Shown here: positions 38,553-47,331 of the stretch, piece after piece
Layout: every line of letters begins with the position of its first letter
How positions within the stretch are numbered: position 1 is the first letter of the stretch
From: an uncultured Candidatus Poseidoniales archaeon
GTDB lineage: Archaea > Thermoplasmatota > Poseidoniia > Poseidoniales > CAYMED01
DNA length: 64,000 bases
Reading direction: 5' to 3'
Assembly (NCBI GenBank): GCA_964389655.1
Contig: CAYMED010000001.1
Span: 1 to 64,000 of the forward strand
Position numbers and translations under genes: made by a program
The notes under the pieces: model-generated
Seen by the model: the letters and a program-made list of their open reading frames with translations, nothing else
What the model was told of the DNA's origin: nothing
Database searches by the model: none

Positions 38553-38744
38553 CTAACGTATACCACCCTTTTCATATCGCCTTGTCCACTTCATTTTTCT
38601 AGGGTTTCGCCTGAGGTGGAGGAAGTTCTTCCGGGCTTTGCTATTTTTGAACCACAACACATTCCCATCTTTTCGAATAAACATCATGCCAGTTCCTGGT
38701 TCGATATCTTCCCCTGAGAAAGAACACACGCGTCGCTCAACCAA
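38553..38744 (-). CDS. rpl24e: 50S ribosomal protein L24e
   Basis: CSFSGEDIEPGTGMMFIRKDG...RNPRKMKWT. TTG start after GAGGTGA. Confidence 0.95.
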   Translation of the reverse strand: MVERRVCSFSGEDIEPGTGMMFIRKDGNVLWFKNSKARKNFLHLRRNPRKMKWTRRYEKGGIR

Positions 38745-38749
38745 ACCTC

Positions 38750-38971
38750 TCACCTCACGTTAAGTTTTCTCGCCTCGCGACCGGTATCGCGTAGCATCAG
38801 CACATCCCCAACTCGTATTGGACCCAACACATTCCGCGTTATTATTCTCCCCACATCGCGGGGGTTTGGAGCATCATTTACTCTCACTTTAACTTGTGTA
38901 GCTTCACCCGTCATCCCTGTGCGTCCAATTATCTCGACAACTTCGGCGGGCCATCCCTCTTGATCGCTCAA
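38750..38971 (-). CDS. rps28e: 30S ribosomal protein S28e
   Basis: [22 protein letters not shown]...[11 protein letters not shown]. Confidence 0.96.
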   Translation of the reverse strand: MSDQEGWPAEVVEIIGRTGMTGEATQVKVRVNDAPNPRDVGRIITRNVLGPIRVGDVLMLRDTGREARKLNVR

Positions 38972-39351
38972 GCCGCCCCGCTCCTCAATTTATCTACTCG
39001 CTTTGCGATTTCATTGAATGCGCCTTCGGCACCCTTTCCAATTTCAATTAACGCAATTGATGCTGTTTTCACACCCTCAGGCAATCCAGACTCTGATGCG
39101 AGATATTCTTGTGAGGGTACGTATGCATATGGTATTTCTTTTTCATCGCAAATTAATGGCAAGTGGGCAAGAAGTTCTGGGGGATTTACATCTTCCGCCA
39201 TGATGATCATCTTGGCCACACCTCTCTCAGCAGCTTTCGTCACTTCATTGCTTCCGCGTTTGATTTTTCCGTGTTCTTTCACGCCTTTAATCATCTCATA
39301 AATGCTATCTGCCATGTCGTTGGGCGTTTCAAATTTCACATGTACACTCAT
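38968..39351 (-). CDS. rpl7ae: 50S ribosomal protein L7Ae
   Basis: [34 protein letters not shown]. Confidence 0.96.
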   Translation of the reverse strand: MSVHVKFETPNDMADSIYEMIKGVKEHGKIKRGSNEVTKAAERGVAKMIIMAEDVNPPELLAHLPLICDEKEIPYAYVPSQEYLASESGLPEGVKTASIALIEIGKGAEGAFNEIAKRVDKLRSGAA

Positions 39352-39392
39352 TGGGGCACCCCTTATGCGTCCTCCGCCCGCGTCAGTTCTGA

Positions 39393-39398
39393 TTTAAA
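39393..39398 (-). promoter_or_regulatory. Putative TATA box of the rpl7ae operon
   Basis: TTTAAA about 42 nt upstream of the rpl7ae ATG in a GC-rich spacer. Confidence 0.5.
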
Positions 39399-39409
39399 CA
39401 CGTCGGATG

Positions 39410-40342
39410 CTAGGGGGAAATGAGCGAACTCGCGCCCCGGGCAATTGCGAACCCCGCATCAATCTTGGAGGCGGGATTTGAGAGGGTGTTTGAGGAGGTC
39501 ACTGTATCTAATGACTTACGCAAGGTTGTGAGTGCGTCTTGTGAATAGAGCCCATGTGCGCATATGGCGTGCACGCTCTGTGCACCCTGTCCCTTGAGTG
39601 CTTCACTGGCCCGAATAATTGTGCCTCCGGTGCTAATCATGTCGTCTATAATCGCTACAACGGAACCCCTGACGTCGAGATTTTTTGGTTCATGAGTGAT
39701 TGTGTGTGCGTCAATCCGTTTTTTGACCAAATATGAGTGGGGAATGTTGGCCTTCGATGCAATGTTTGCGACACGATCTAGGGCACCTTGGTCGGGGGCG
39801 AGTATAAAATCTGGTTTGACTTTTGTATTGAGAAACTGGGATATCTCGGGTGAAATGCTTTCAAATATGACGTCAACACTTAATCCTTGAAATGGTTCTT
39901 TAGCGTGTATGTCAATCACGACTAGGCCATCGATTATGTGTGCAAATGTATTGGCCAAGGACCTTGCAGATATTGATTCCCCACGCAAGAACCTCTTGTC
40001 TTGCCGAGAATACCCATAGTATGGGGCGCATAGGATGAGTTTCTGTGGCGATGCCTCTTGCCGTTTATCAAGGGGATTGTTGAGGCTTGCCACATCGCCT
40101 GATTGAACCTCTCGAACCATCTGCAGCATGAACAAGGATCGTATGATCCCCGAATCAGGGTATGTGTTTGACACCACTATTGTTGGCTCTTTCCTAATTA
40201 AATCAAAGGAATGCTTGGGTAGTTTGACATAGGTTTCTCCATCGGGAAATTTGCGGGCTTCGCATAGGATGCATTCGAATTGTAGTTCGGCGGCAGCGGT
40301 ACGCGCCGCATCTGCATGGTGTCCGGTTGTAATCACAGGCAT
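39410..40342 (-). CDS. prs: Ribose-phosphate pyrophosphokinase
   Basis: FPDGE, PYYGYSRQDKRF, IDIH, APDQGA and IIDDMISTGGT. Confidence 0.93.
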   Translation of the reverse strand: MPVITTGHHADAARTAAAELQFECILCEARKFPDGETYVKLPKHSFDLIRKEPTIVVSNTYPDSGIIRSLFMLQMVREVQSGDVASLNNPLDKRQEASPQKLILCAPYYGYSRQDKRFLRGESISARSLANTFAHIIDGLVVIDIHAKEPFQGLSVDVIFESISPEISQFLNTKVKPDFILAPDQGALDRVANIASKANIPHSYLVKKRIDAHTITHEPKNLDVRGSVVAIIDDMISTGGTIIRASEALKGQGAQSVHAICAHGLYSQDALTTLRKSLDTVTSSNTLSNPASKIDAGFAIARGASSLISP

Positions 40343-40424
40343 AGGGGGTCTCAAATGATCGGAAACAGGCTTTGGACATGAATGTCGCGAAGAGGGCTGT
40401 AGTGCTCTAAATCTGTACACTCGG

Positions 40425-40498
40425 TGGGCGAGGCAGGATTTGAACCTGCGGCCTCCCGGTTATCAGCCGGGTGCTCCACCAAGCTAAGCTACCCGCCC
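40425..40498 (-). tRNA. tRNA-Ile (GAT)
   Basis: Acceptor GGGCGGG/CTCGCCC, anticodon arm CCCGG-CT GAT AA-CCGGG, and GTTCAAATC. Confidence 0.95.
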
Positions 40499-40548
40499 TT
40501 GGCGGCCCCTCCACCGAGCCCTTCGCAATAATATCTGTGGTTCGTGTA

Positions 40549-41139
40549 TTATTCGTCCTCAAAAGGCGTGTTTTCATCATTTAATTGGGCGAATGTCATG
40601 GTCTGGATGATTGAACTCAGGCGTTTTGAGAGTATTACATCATCTAGGAGGTCTCGTGTCCTGTCGAGTGAACTTGTAGGGATGTGTATGGTCTTTGGTA
40701 AATTGTGCTGGTGTGATACCTGGGGGTGTAGGTCAATTTTGACTGCCTTGAATGTGCGTTTTATTTTCACTAAATCTGATATTATCCCTATCTCTCCTCC
40801 GTCGGAATCACACACCCCGCGATCAATCATTTCATCGAGAGAATATAATTGGTTGTTGATCCGAACCGTCTGTCTCCATCTACGCTGTAGTTCTCTCATG
40901 GATTTTGAAAGTGCGATTGTTCCGTCGTCGCGCTGTCGTGTGATTAATTCCTTTGCCAAGGGTGCAGTCCCGGCAGGCCGCCGCATGTAGTTTTTCGCAA
41001 TTTCGGGGAGTACTTCGATCCTCAGCGATTGTACGCGGTGCTGGTTGGGGTGGTTTCTTTCCCCTTTGATCCTCCCAACGAGTGTGTTGTTTACGTATAC
41101 GTCTTTGGCAACTAAATCGGCAATGTGGTAGTCTTCCAT
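40549..41139 (-). CDS. Tandem PRC-barrel-like domain protein
   Basis: Two repeats: DLVAKDVYVNNTLVGRIKG and EMIDRGVCDSDGGEIGIISDL (L.G..V.D..G..IG.V.D pattern). Confidence 0.6.
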   Translation of the reverse strand: MEDYHIADLVAKDVYVNNTLVGRIKGERNHPNQHRVQSLRIEVLPEIAKNYMRRPAGTAPLAKELITRQRDDGTIALSKSMRELQRRWRQTVRINNQLYSLDEMIDRGVCDSDGGEIGIISDLVKIKRTFKAVKIDLHPQVSHQHNLPKTIHIPTSSLDRTRDLLDDVILSKRLSSIIQTMTFAQLNDENTPFEDE

Positions 41140-41304
41140 TCTATCCCCGTCGGTCTCCGGTAGATTGCAGTTGATAATCTTATCTAGCGTGACTTGATTT
41201 GATTTTCCAGCAATATCAATTATCTTTTTCAATTGAAAATATAATTGCCTCTTGAAGACACATTCCCCTCAACAATAATGTGTTGTCTCCCCCCCAGGGG
41301 GTCT

Positions 41305-42666
41305 ATGTCAATAGCGCCAGAAGCCGTTCACTCGGAGTTGTCGAAGCGCATCTTGGTGGATGGTTTTGACATCGTCGTGGATTTGCAAGAATCACGTGGT
41401 AGTTGGATGCGGGATAAGCGGAATGGGCGCGATTATCTCGATTTTTTTTCCTGCTTCTCATCTCTTCCCCTGGGGTGGAATCACCCTGAAATGATTAACC
41501 GGCAGGGTGAATTAACTTCTGCAGCGATCAATAATATCTCTAACAGCGATTTGTATACTGTTGAATATGCGGATGCAGTTTCAACAATCGGTCGAATCGC
41601 TCAGCCAGTTGGGATGGAAAATATGTTTTTTGTAGCGGGGGGCGCTCTTGCGGTTGAAAACTGCCTAAAGGCAGCGATGGATTGGAAATATGTGGGTGTT
41701 AATTCTTCAATTGAAAAAACACCCGATCCTGCATTCGACTGGGGGTTGGATATGGCGCGGTCTAATGCTATTTCCATCGGCCACTTTCAAGAATCATTCC
41801 ATGGACGTACGGGCTATACTCTTTCAATAACCTGTACTGACCCTATGAAGACTAAGCGATTTTCCAAACACGATTGGCCCCGCTTTCCCAATCCAAAAAT
41901 ACACTTTCCTCTCGACCGCGCAGAATCCGCCCGCCTCGATGTATTGGAACAAGAAATTCTCAATGATGTGGGGGCTTCTCTCGATTCTGAAAATATGGCT
42001 GCAGTGATTATTGAACCGATTCAAGGGGAGGGGGGTGACAATCATTTCAGGGATGGCTTCCTGCGGGATCTTGCAAATTTAGTTCAGTCGAATGATGCTT
42101 TATTTATTGTTGATGAGGTGCAATCTGGCGTTGGTGCCACTGGGAAAATGTGGGCGCATGAGCATGCCGGGCTCTCGCCAGATTTGGTGGCTTTTGGGAA
42201 GAAAATGCAAATATGTGGCTTTTTTGCAGGTGATCGGCTGAAGATGCATGATGACAATGTGTTGGAGACAAGTGGCAGGATTAATTCAACGTGGGGGGGC
42301 AACCTCGTTGATTTCGTCCGGGGGTCCATTGGCTTGGAGGTTGTGGAGGCGGAGCGCCTCGTGGATAATACGGCCAAGAGGGGTGTGGAGCTTATTGCGG
42401 GGTTGGAAGAGCTCGCTGATGCTCCCTCTTCGGCTGTTTCGCAAGTTCGCGGAAAGGGGACTATGTGTGCCTTTACATTACCTACGGAGGCGCAGAGGGG
42501 TCAATTTCGTTCAGCGTGTATTGATCGAGGTGTGTTTACATTGAATAGTGGTCGCCGTAGCGTCCGTCTCCGTCCAAATTTGGCCTTATCCTCTGATGAA
42601 GTTGACATTGCGCTTGCCGCATTCTCTGAGGCATCTTCTTTTGTATCTTCACAAGAAATTACATGA
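41305..42666 (+). CDS. lat: L-lysine 6-transaminase (class III aminotransferase)
   Basis: LVDGF...DL..S.G, GGALAVEN.LKAAMDWK, FHGRTGYTLS, EPIQGEGGDNH, DEVQSG, AFGKK and SGRINSTWGG. Confidence 0.9.
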   Translation: MSIAPEAVHSELSKRILVDGFDIVVDLQESRGSWMRDKRNGRDYLDFFSCFSSLPLGWNHPEMINRQGELTSAAINNISNSDLYTVEYADAVSTIGRIAQPVGMENMFFVAGGALAVENCLKAAMDWKYVGVNSSIEKTPDPAFDWGLDMARSNAISIGHFQESFHGRTGYTLSITCTDPMKTKRFSKHDWPRFPNPKIHFPLDRAESARLDVLEQEILNDVGASLDSENMAAVIIEPIQGEGGDNHFRDGFLRDLANLVQSNDALFIVDEVQSGVGATGKMWAHEHAGLSPDLVAFGKKMQICGFFAGDRLKMHDDNVLETSGRINSTWGGNLVDFVRGSIGLEVVEAERLVDNTAKRGVELIAGLEELADAPSSAVSQVRGKGTMCAFTLPTEAQRGQFRSACIDRGVFTLNSGRRSVRLRPNLALSSDEVDIALAAFSEASSFVSSQEIT

Positions 42667-42678
42667 TGGTGTGGGCCC

Positions 42679-43296
42679 GTGGGCAGTTCTCCAATTGAGA
42701 TATTTTATTCTCCAATTGAAAATTCTGATTTAAATGGGGGGATTGCTCCCTCTCTAGCCTATTTTTCTGAAAATAACCTTTCGCGTGTGGAAATATTATC
42801 CTTTTTCGGGCCCCGGTCTTCAAATTCTAAATTCTTCGTGCTAGATCGTTATGGTTGGTTGGGCGCTGCTTCTTTCGAACCCTCTTTGTTGGACAAGAAG
42901 GTATTGTCGTTCGCTATTCCTATTTCAGAAGAGGGTGGCGCTGGTGCTCATTTCCACCCTCTTCACATAGGGGACCTTCAACGGGAAGTTGGTGCTTTCT
43001 TGGCCGAAAGGGGGGGTGTCATTCCCCCCAATATTCTTTTTGTTGGGGATAGGTGTACTAGTCTGTCACAATTGCGTTGCTTAAGCGCTGGTTTTCGTGA
43101 TAGAGTCCATTCCGCTAGAAAAAGGGGCCTTTCATCAATTGAATTATCGGGGACGGCAGTATTGCCTTCTAATCCGGTGGTGGATTGTGGTATGTTCTTG
43201 GATTCTAAAGAGGGTGTCGAGGTTGTATTGGTGAATTCCCAGATTGGTTTGCGGGCGGGGGTGCTCTCTGCAATTGCGCTACATGACCGGGGATGA
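42679..43296 (+). CDS. Hypothetical protein
   Basis: 205-aa ORF filling the gap between lat and dys, co-oriented with lat. No recognisable motif. Confidence 0.55.
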   Translation: MGSSPIEIFYSPIENSDLNGGIAPSLAYFSENNLSRVEILSFFGPRSSNSKFFVLDRYGWLGAASFEPSLLDKKVLSFAIPISEEGGAGAHFHPLHIGDLQREVGAFLAERGGVIPPNILFVGDRCTSLSQLRCLSAGFRDRVHSARKRGLSSIELSGTAVLPSNPVVDCGMFLDSKEGVEVVLVNSQIGLRAGVLSAIALHDRG

Positions 43297-43303
43297 ATCA
43301 TGG

Positions 43304-44263
43304 CTAAAAAATCATGCAGCCAAGTAGTGGTAGCAGCAATGATGCCTCTCCTTCGACAACAATTTCGGTGGCATCGGACTTCAATTTCCCCCAGCTAATT
43401 GCTTCTTTTAAGCGCGCACCCGAAAGGGATCCATCCCATTCAGGGGCAGTTGTAATGGCGATTGCCCTGTCTAAACCCCCCCTGTATTGGTTCCACCACA
43501 TCACGTGATGTTTGCTTATTCCCCCTCCAATCAATATCGCTTCGGAATTGGTGGAGGTCCATGTGAGGTTTGAAAGGTGCATTTGATCGGCCAGTAAGTC
43601 GGGGAATATCGTTGGTGTATCTTGGGCTGCTTGGATTAGTTGTGCTCCGACGGCCCCATCAACGAGGCCGGGGATGATTATTGGGATTTTTTTCTTCCAC
43701 GCCTGTGTGCATATTGATTTTTCATCATTGAGCTGTTTTCCAATTGCCCAAACCAGTTCGATGCCCGTCCATTTTCTCTTTTTTTCAGTGCATAGGTGTT
43801 TTGCGATTAATTCTGTCATAAATTTTTCAATCGCATTACCATATGTGTCTTGTGGTACAATCACATTTCCTAGCCTACTGAGCCCCCTTTCTGCCAATTC
43901 TGAATCATCTAGGTCGAAAGATCCATGGTCATATGCTCCTAGTGTGCGTGCGATATCGTGGTCGAGTGTGCCGCATGTGGTGACTACAACGTCGGTTCCT
44001 TCTCTCGCTAATAATTCAACAAAAAACGATCTACTTCCTGTGGCGCAGAGGCACGCTGGGAATGAGGTCCATCGTAGTAGTCCCTCTTTTGGTTGTTGGC
44101 TAACTATTTTTTTTGCAATCCTCGCTGCCTTGGCGAATTTGGTGGCGGTAAACCCTCCTGCATTGCCCATCGATGTGAGTAGTGCCTGGAATGGGCTTGG
44201 GTGTTTGAGTATTTTTTCGAATGGGTAGTCTTGGACTGGGTGTTCTGCTTGGTGGGTGGCCAT
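43304..44263 (-). CDS. dys: Deoxyhypusine synthase
   Basis: GGFTA, TTCGTLDHD, SRLGNV, DGAVG, GGGISKHH, DGSLSGA..EAISWGK. The start may extend to 44302. Confidence 0.93.
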   Translation of the reverse strand: MATHQAEHPVQDYPFEKILKHPSPFQALLTSMGNAGGFTATKFAKAARIAKKIVSQQPKEGLLRWTSFPACLCATGSRSFFVELLAREGTDVVVTTCGTLDHDIARTLGAYDHGSFDLDDSELAERGLSRLGNVIVPQDTYGNAIEKFMTELIAKHLCTEKKRKWTGIELVWAIGKQLNDEKSICTQAWKKKIPIIIPGLVDGAVGAQLIQAAQDTPTIFPDLLADQMHLSNLTWTSTNSEAILIGGGISKHHVMWWNQYRGGLDRAIAITTAPEWDGSLSGARLKEAISWGKLKSDATEIVVEGEASLLLPLLGCMIF

Positions 44264-44282
44264 GGTATTGGGTGGCGGTCCG

Positions 44283-46471
44283 TCATGTAGCATCTTCGAC
44301 ATCTCGGAGGGTTGAGATTTTCAATTCAAATATCAAATCCCTCAATTGTGCGGCCCGCTCAAAATCCAATTCGTTGGCGGCCCTCTCCATTTCACCCTGC
44401 AATTCGTTAATGGACATCTTTCTCTCTTCCCTCATTGTGCTAGTTGCCGGGAGTGGATCATTTGCTTCCCCTCTGCTCTTTTTTGCCCCCTGCCGCTTTT
44501 TCTCTTTTGGGCTACCATGGCCTTGGTCTAGTGTGGGCAGGGGCTTGGTTATGCTCTTTGCTTCATAATGGTGTTTCAAATTATACTCGGATTGCAACTT
44601 TCTCCGCTTTAACGTGGATTTTATGGCGCCCTCCATAGCGGGGGATATCGCGTCAGCATACATCAAAACGGTCCCTGAAACGTGCCTTGCTGCCCGCCCA
44701 ATGGTTTGGAGGAGGCTTCGCTCATTCCGCAAGAATCCTTCTTTATCGGCATCGAATATCGCGACGAGTGATACTTCGGGTATGTCGAGCCCTTCTCTGA
44801 GTAGGTTGATGCCCACGATCACATCTATGTACCCTAGGCGCAGGGTTTTGATAATCTCACTTCTTTCTATTGTGTCGATCTCGCTATGTAGGTAATGGGA
44901 TTTGATGCCATTTCGATTCAGGTAATCTGCCACTTCTTCGGCAAATTTGATTGTCATGACGGTGATCAATGTTCTTTCCCCATTGGCTATTCTATGGGTT
45001 ATTTCTTCCATGAGGTCTTGCATTTGTCCTTTGGTCGCGCGAACTTCGATTGAAGGGTCTAGGAGGTGGGTTGGTCTGATAATCATCTGTGCAACGCCTT
45101 CGATGGAGTTGACTAGGTCCGATAGTGATCTGCCGCCCCCCCTCCTTTATCAATTGGGGATTTGATCTTTTTCTTCCCCCCCCCCTTGGGTGGCGCGTGT
45201 TCTAACTCGGGTGGGATGGCTTGCCCAGTGACTTCGCAAAGATGCCTCAGCTCGCGAGGTCCTGGTGTTGCGGAAACGTAGATCATTTTTGGGATCATTT
45301 CTTGAAACTCTCTAATTTCTAAAGGGCGGTTGTCATAGGCAGAGGGCAATCGGAACCCGTGCTGGATGAGATTTTCTTTTCTACTTCTGTCGCCAGCGTA
45401 CATGCCCCCGATTTGAGGCAAAGTAACGTGGCTTTCATCCATAAATACGAGATATTCGTCTTGGTCCCCGTGGTACTTCTCCGCACATGTGCGCATGAAA
45501 TCTAGGAGGCAATACGGTCGTTCACCAGGCCCCCTCCGGTCGAAATAGCGGCTATAATTTTCGACACCATTGCAGTGCCCTGTTTGTCTCAACATTTCTA
45601 GATCAAATTCAGTACGCTGGCGTATTCTTGCTGCTTCGGGCCATTGTTCCCTGTCGTTAAACTGCTTGGCCCGAATTTCAAGGTCTCGTTCTATTTCGTT
45701 TAGGGCAGTGCTAAATGTTTCTGGGTCGGTCATGAAGAATTCTTTGGGGTGGATCCATACTTCCTCTAGGGTTTCAAGTTTCTTCCAATCAATGGGGTCG
45801 CATACACTAATTTCATGTATTTCGTCTAGCTCAAATTTAATTCTAAATGGCCGTTCCCTCGATGGCATCCATATGTCTAATATTTCTCCCTTCAGCCGTG
45901 CACATCCCTTAGATAGGTCACTTGTTGTTCGCGTGTATTGTAGTTTGACGAGTTCCTTGATCAGGTTTTGGGGGTCGGCCTTCGCTCTGGCTTTGATGTG
46001 TGTGTGTTGTCCAAGGAATGTTTTCGGGGGGTTGAGGCCGTAGATGCAACTCACGGAAGCTATGATGATTGTGTCTGGTCGAGTGACTAGGCTGGCTACT
46101 GTGCTAAATCTCTCTTGTTCGATGCGCTCATTTTTGGATAGTTCTTTATCGATGTATAAGTCCCTTTGTGGTAAGTATGCTTCTGGTTGGTAGTAATCGT
46201 AGTAGCTGACAAAATATTCTACGGCATTTGTGGGGTACATGTCTTTCATTTCTTCCCATAATTGTCGTGCGAGGGTTTTGTTGTGTGATATAATGAGTGT
46301 GGGCCGTTGTATATTTTCGATAAGATGGGCCATGGTGAATGTTTTTCCAGACCCCGTAACTCCAAGTAGCACGCACCGCTCTTGCCCATTTCTCAATTGG
46401 GAATTTAATTTTTCAACAACTCCCTCCTGATCGCCTGCGAGTTGATGCGACGAGATAAGTGAAAACCGCAT
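44283..46471 (-). CDS. uvrB: Excinuclease ABC subunit B, split by a +1 frameshift near 45136-45185
   Basis: GVTGSGKT, YYDYYQPEAY, DESH and SATPG in 45113-46513. IIRPT, GINLLREGLD, QTIGRAAR and a UVR tail in 44283-45086, whose frame stays open back through two G tracts. Confidence 0.92.
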
Positions 46472-46490
46472 CAACAAAGCCCCGTTTTTC

Positions 46491-47222
46491 TCAAGGGAGA
46501 TATAATCCCCCATTAACGTGCAGTACGGCTCCTGTCACATATGATGAGGCGGGGCTAGCGAGGAAAGTGATACATGAGGCGATTTCTTCAGGTTCAGCAA
46601 TTCTCCCCAAAGGGACCTCGGACTCTCTTTGAATGCGCTTTTCCTTTGAATCTCCTTTGAGTATTGCGGTATCTACAAAACCAGGGGCGACAATATTCAC
46701 GCGAATTCCTCGAGGGGCTAGGTCAAGTGCTAGCGACCTTGCCCAAGCATGTAACCCAGCTTTGCTGGCAGAATAATCTGCCCCATGTGCTGACCCCCGT
46801 ATGCCTAACTGGCTTCCAACCGCAACAATCCGTGCTCCTTCAATGATGTGGTTTCGAAGTTTCCACCACACAGCATGGGCCCCTTCTAAATTCACTCGGA
46901 TGGTATCGCGGAGAGTTATGGGGTCTAGCTCAGATGCAGCAACTCGTTCATAGATTCCATGATTTAATACCAGCACGTCGACTCCTTCGGCAGTCCATGG
47001 GTGGCGTACCATTAATTCGATTTCACTATAGTCGCTGCAGTCTACTTTGATCGCAACAGCATCTCCCCCCTCGTTTCGAATTTCCTCTACAGTTTTTTCT
47101 GCACTTCTTGCATTATTGTTGTAAGTCAACAGTACTCTGTATCCTGCACTTGCCAGTTTAAATGAAGTTGAAGCGCCAATGCCACGCCCGCCTCCTGTGA
47201 CGATGGCCAGTGCGCCCTCCAC
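46491..47222 (-). CDS. Short-chain dehydrogenase/reductase (FabG-like)
   Basis: TGGGRGIG, YSASK, VNIVAPGFVDT and VTGAVLHVNGG. Confidence 0.9.
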   Translation of the reverse strand: MEGALAIVTGGGRGIGASTSFKLASAGYRVLLTYNNNARSAEKTVEEIRNEGGDAVAIKVDCSDYSEIELMVRHPWTAEGVDVLVLNHGIYERVAASELDPITLRDTIRVNLEGAHAVWWKLRNHIIEGARIVAVGSQLGIRGSAHGADYSASKAGLHAWARSLALDLAPRGIRVNIVAPGFVDTAILKGDSKEKRIQRESEVPLGRIAEPEEIASCITFLASPASSYVTGAVLHVNGGLYLP

Positions 47223-47331
47223 AACTCCCTCTCCAATGCCTGCGGGGGGTGCTTACGGAAAAGAGAAACGTCTGTGTTCCAAGGGTGGTGCGCGGACACT
47301 TGATCAACGCACCGATTCTAGCCACCATCCA

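Noticed and set aside
39352-39392. K-turn autoregulatory element in the rpl7ae leader
   Set aside because: A GGGC/GCCC stem is possible, but I could not place the tandem G-A/A-G pairs.
41161-41290. Replication origin or dif site
   Set aside because: No ORB-like G-string repeats, no adjacent orc1/cdc6, and no 11-6-11 dif-like palindrome.
42679-43296. Degenerate arginase/agmatinase fold (IGDL...LFVGDRCTS) next to dys
   Set aside because: The resemblance is too weak and there are no DAHxD or DxD metal motifs; left as hypothetical.
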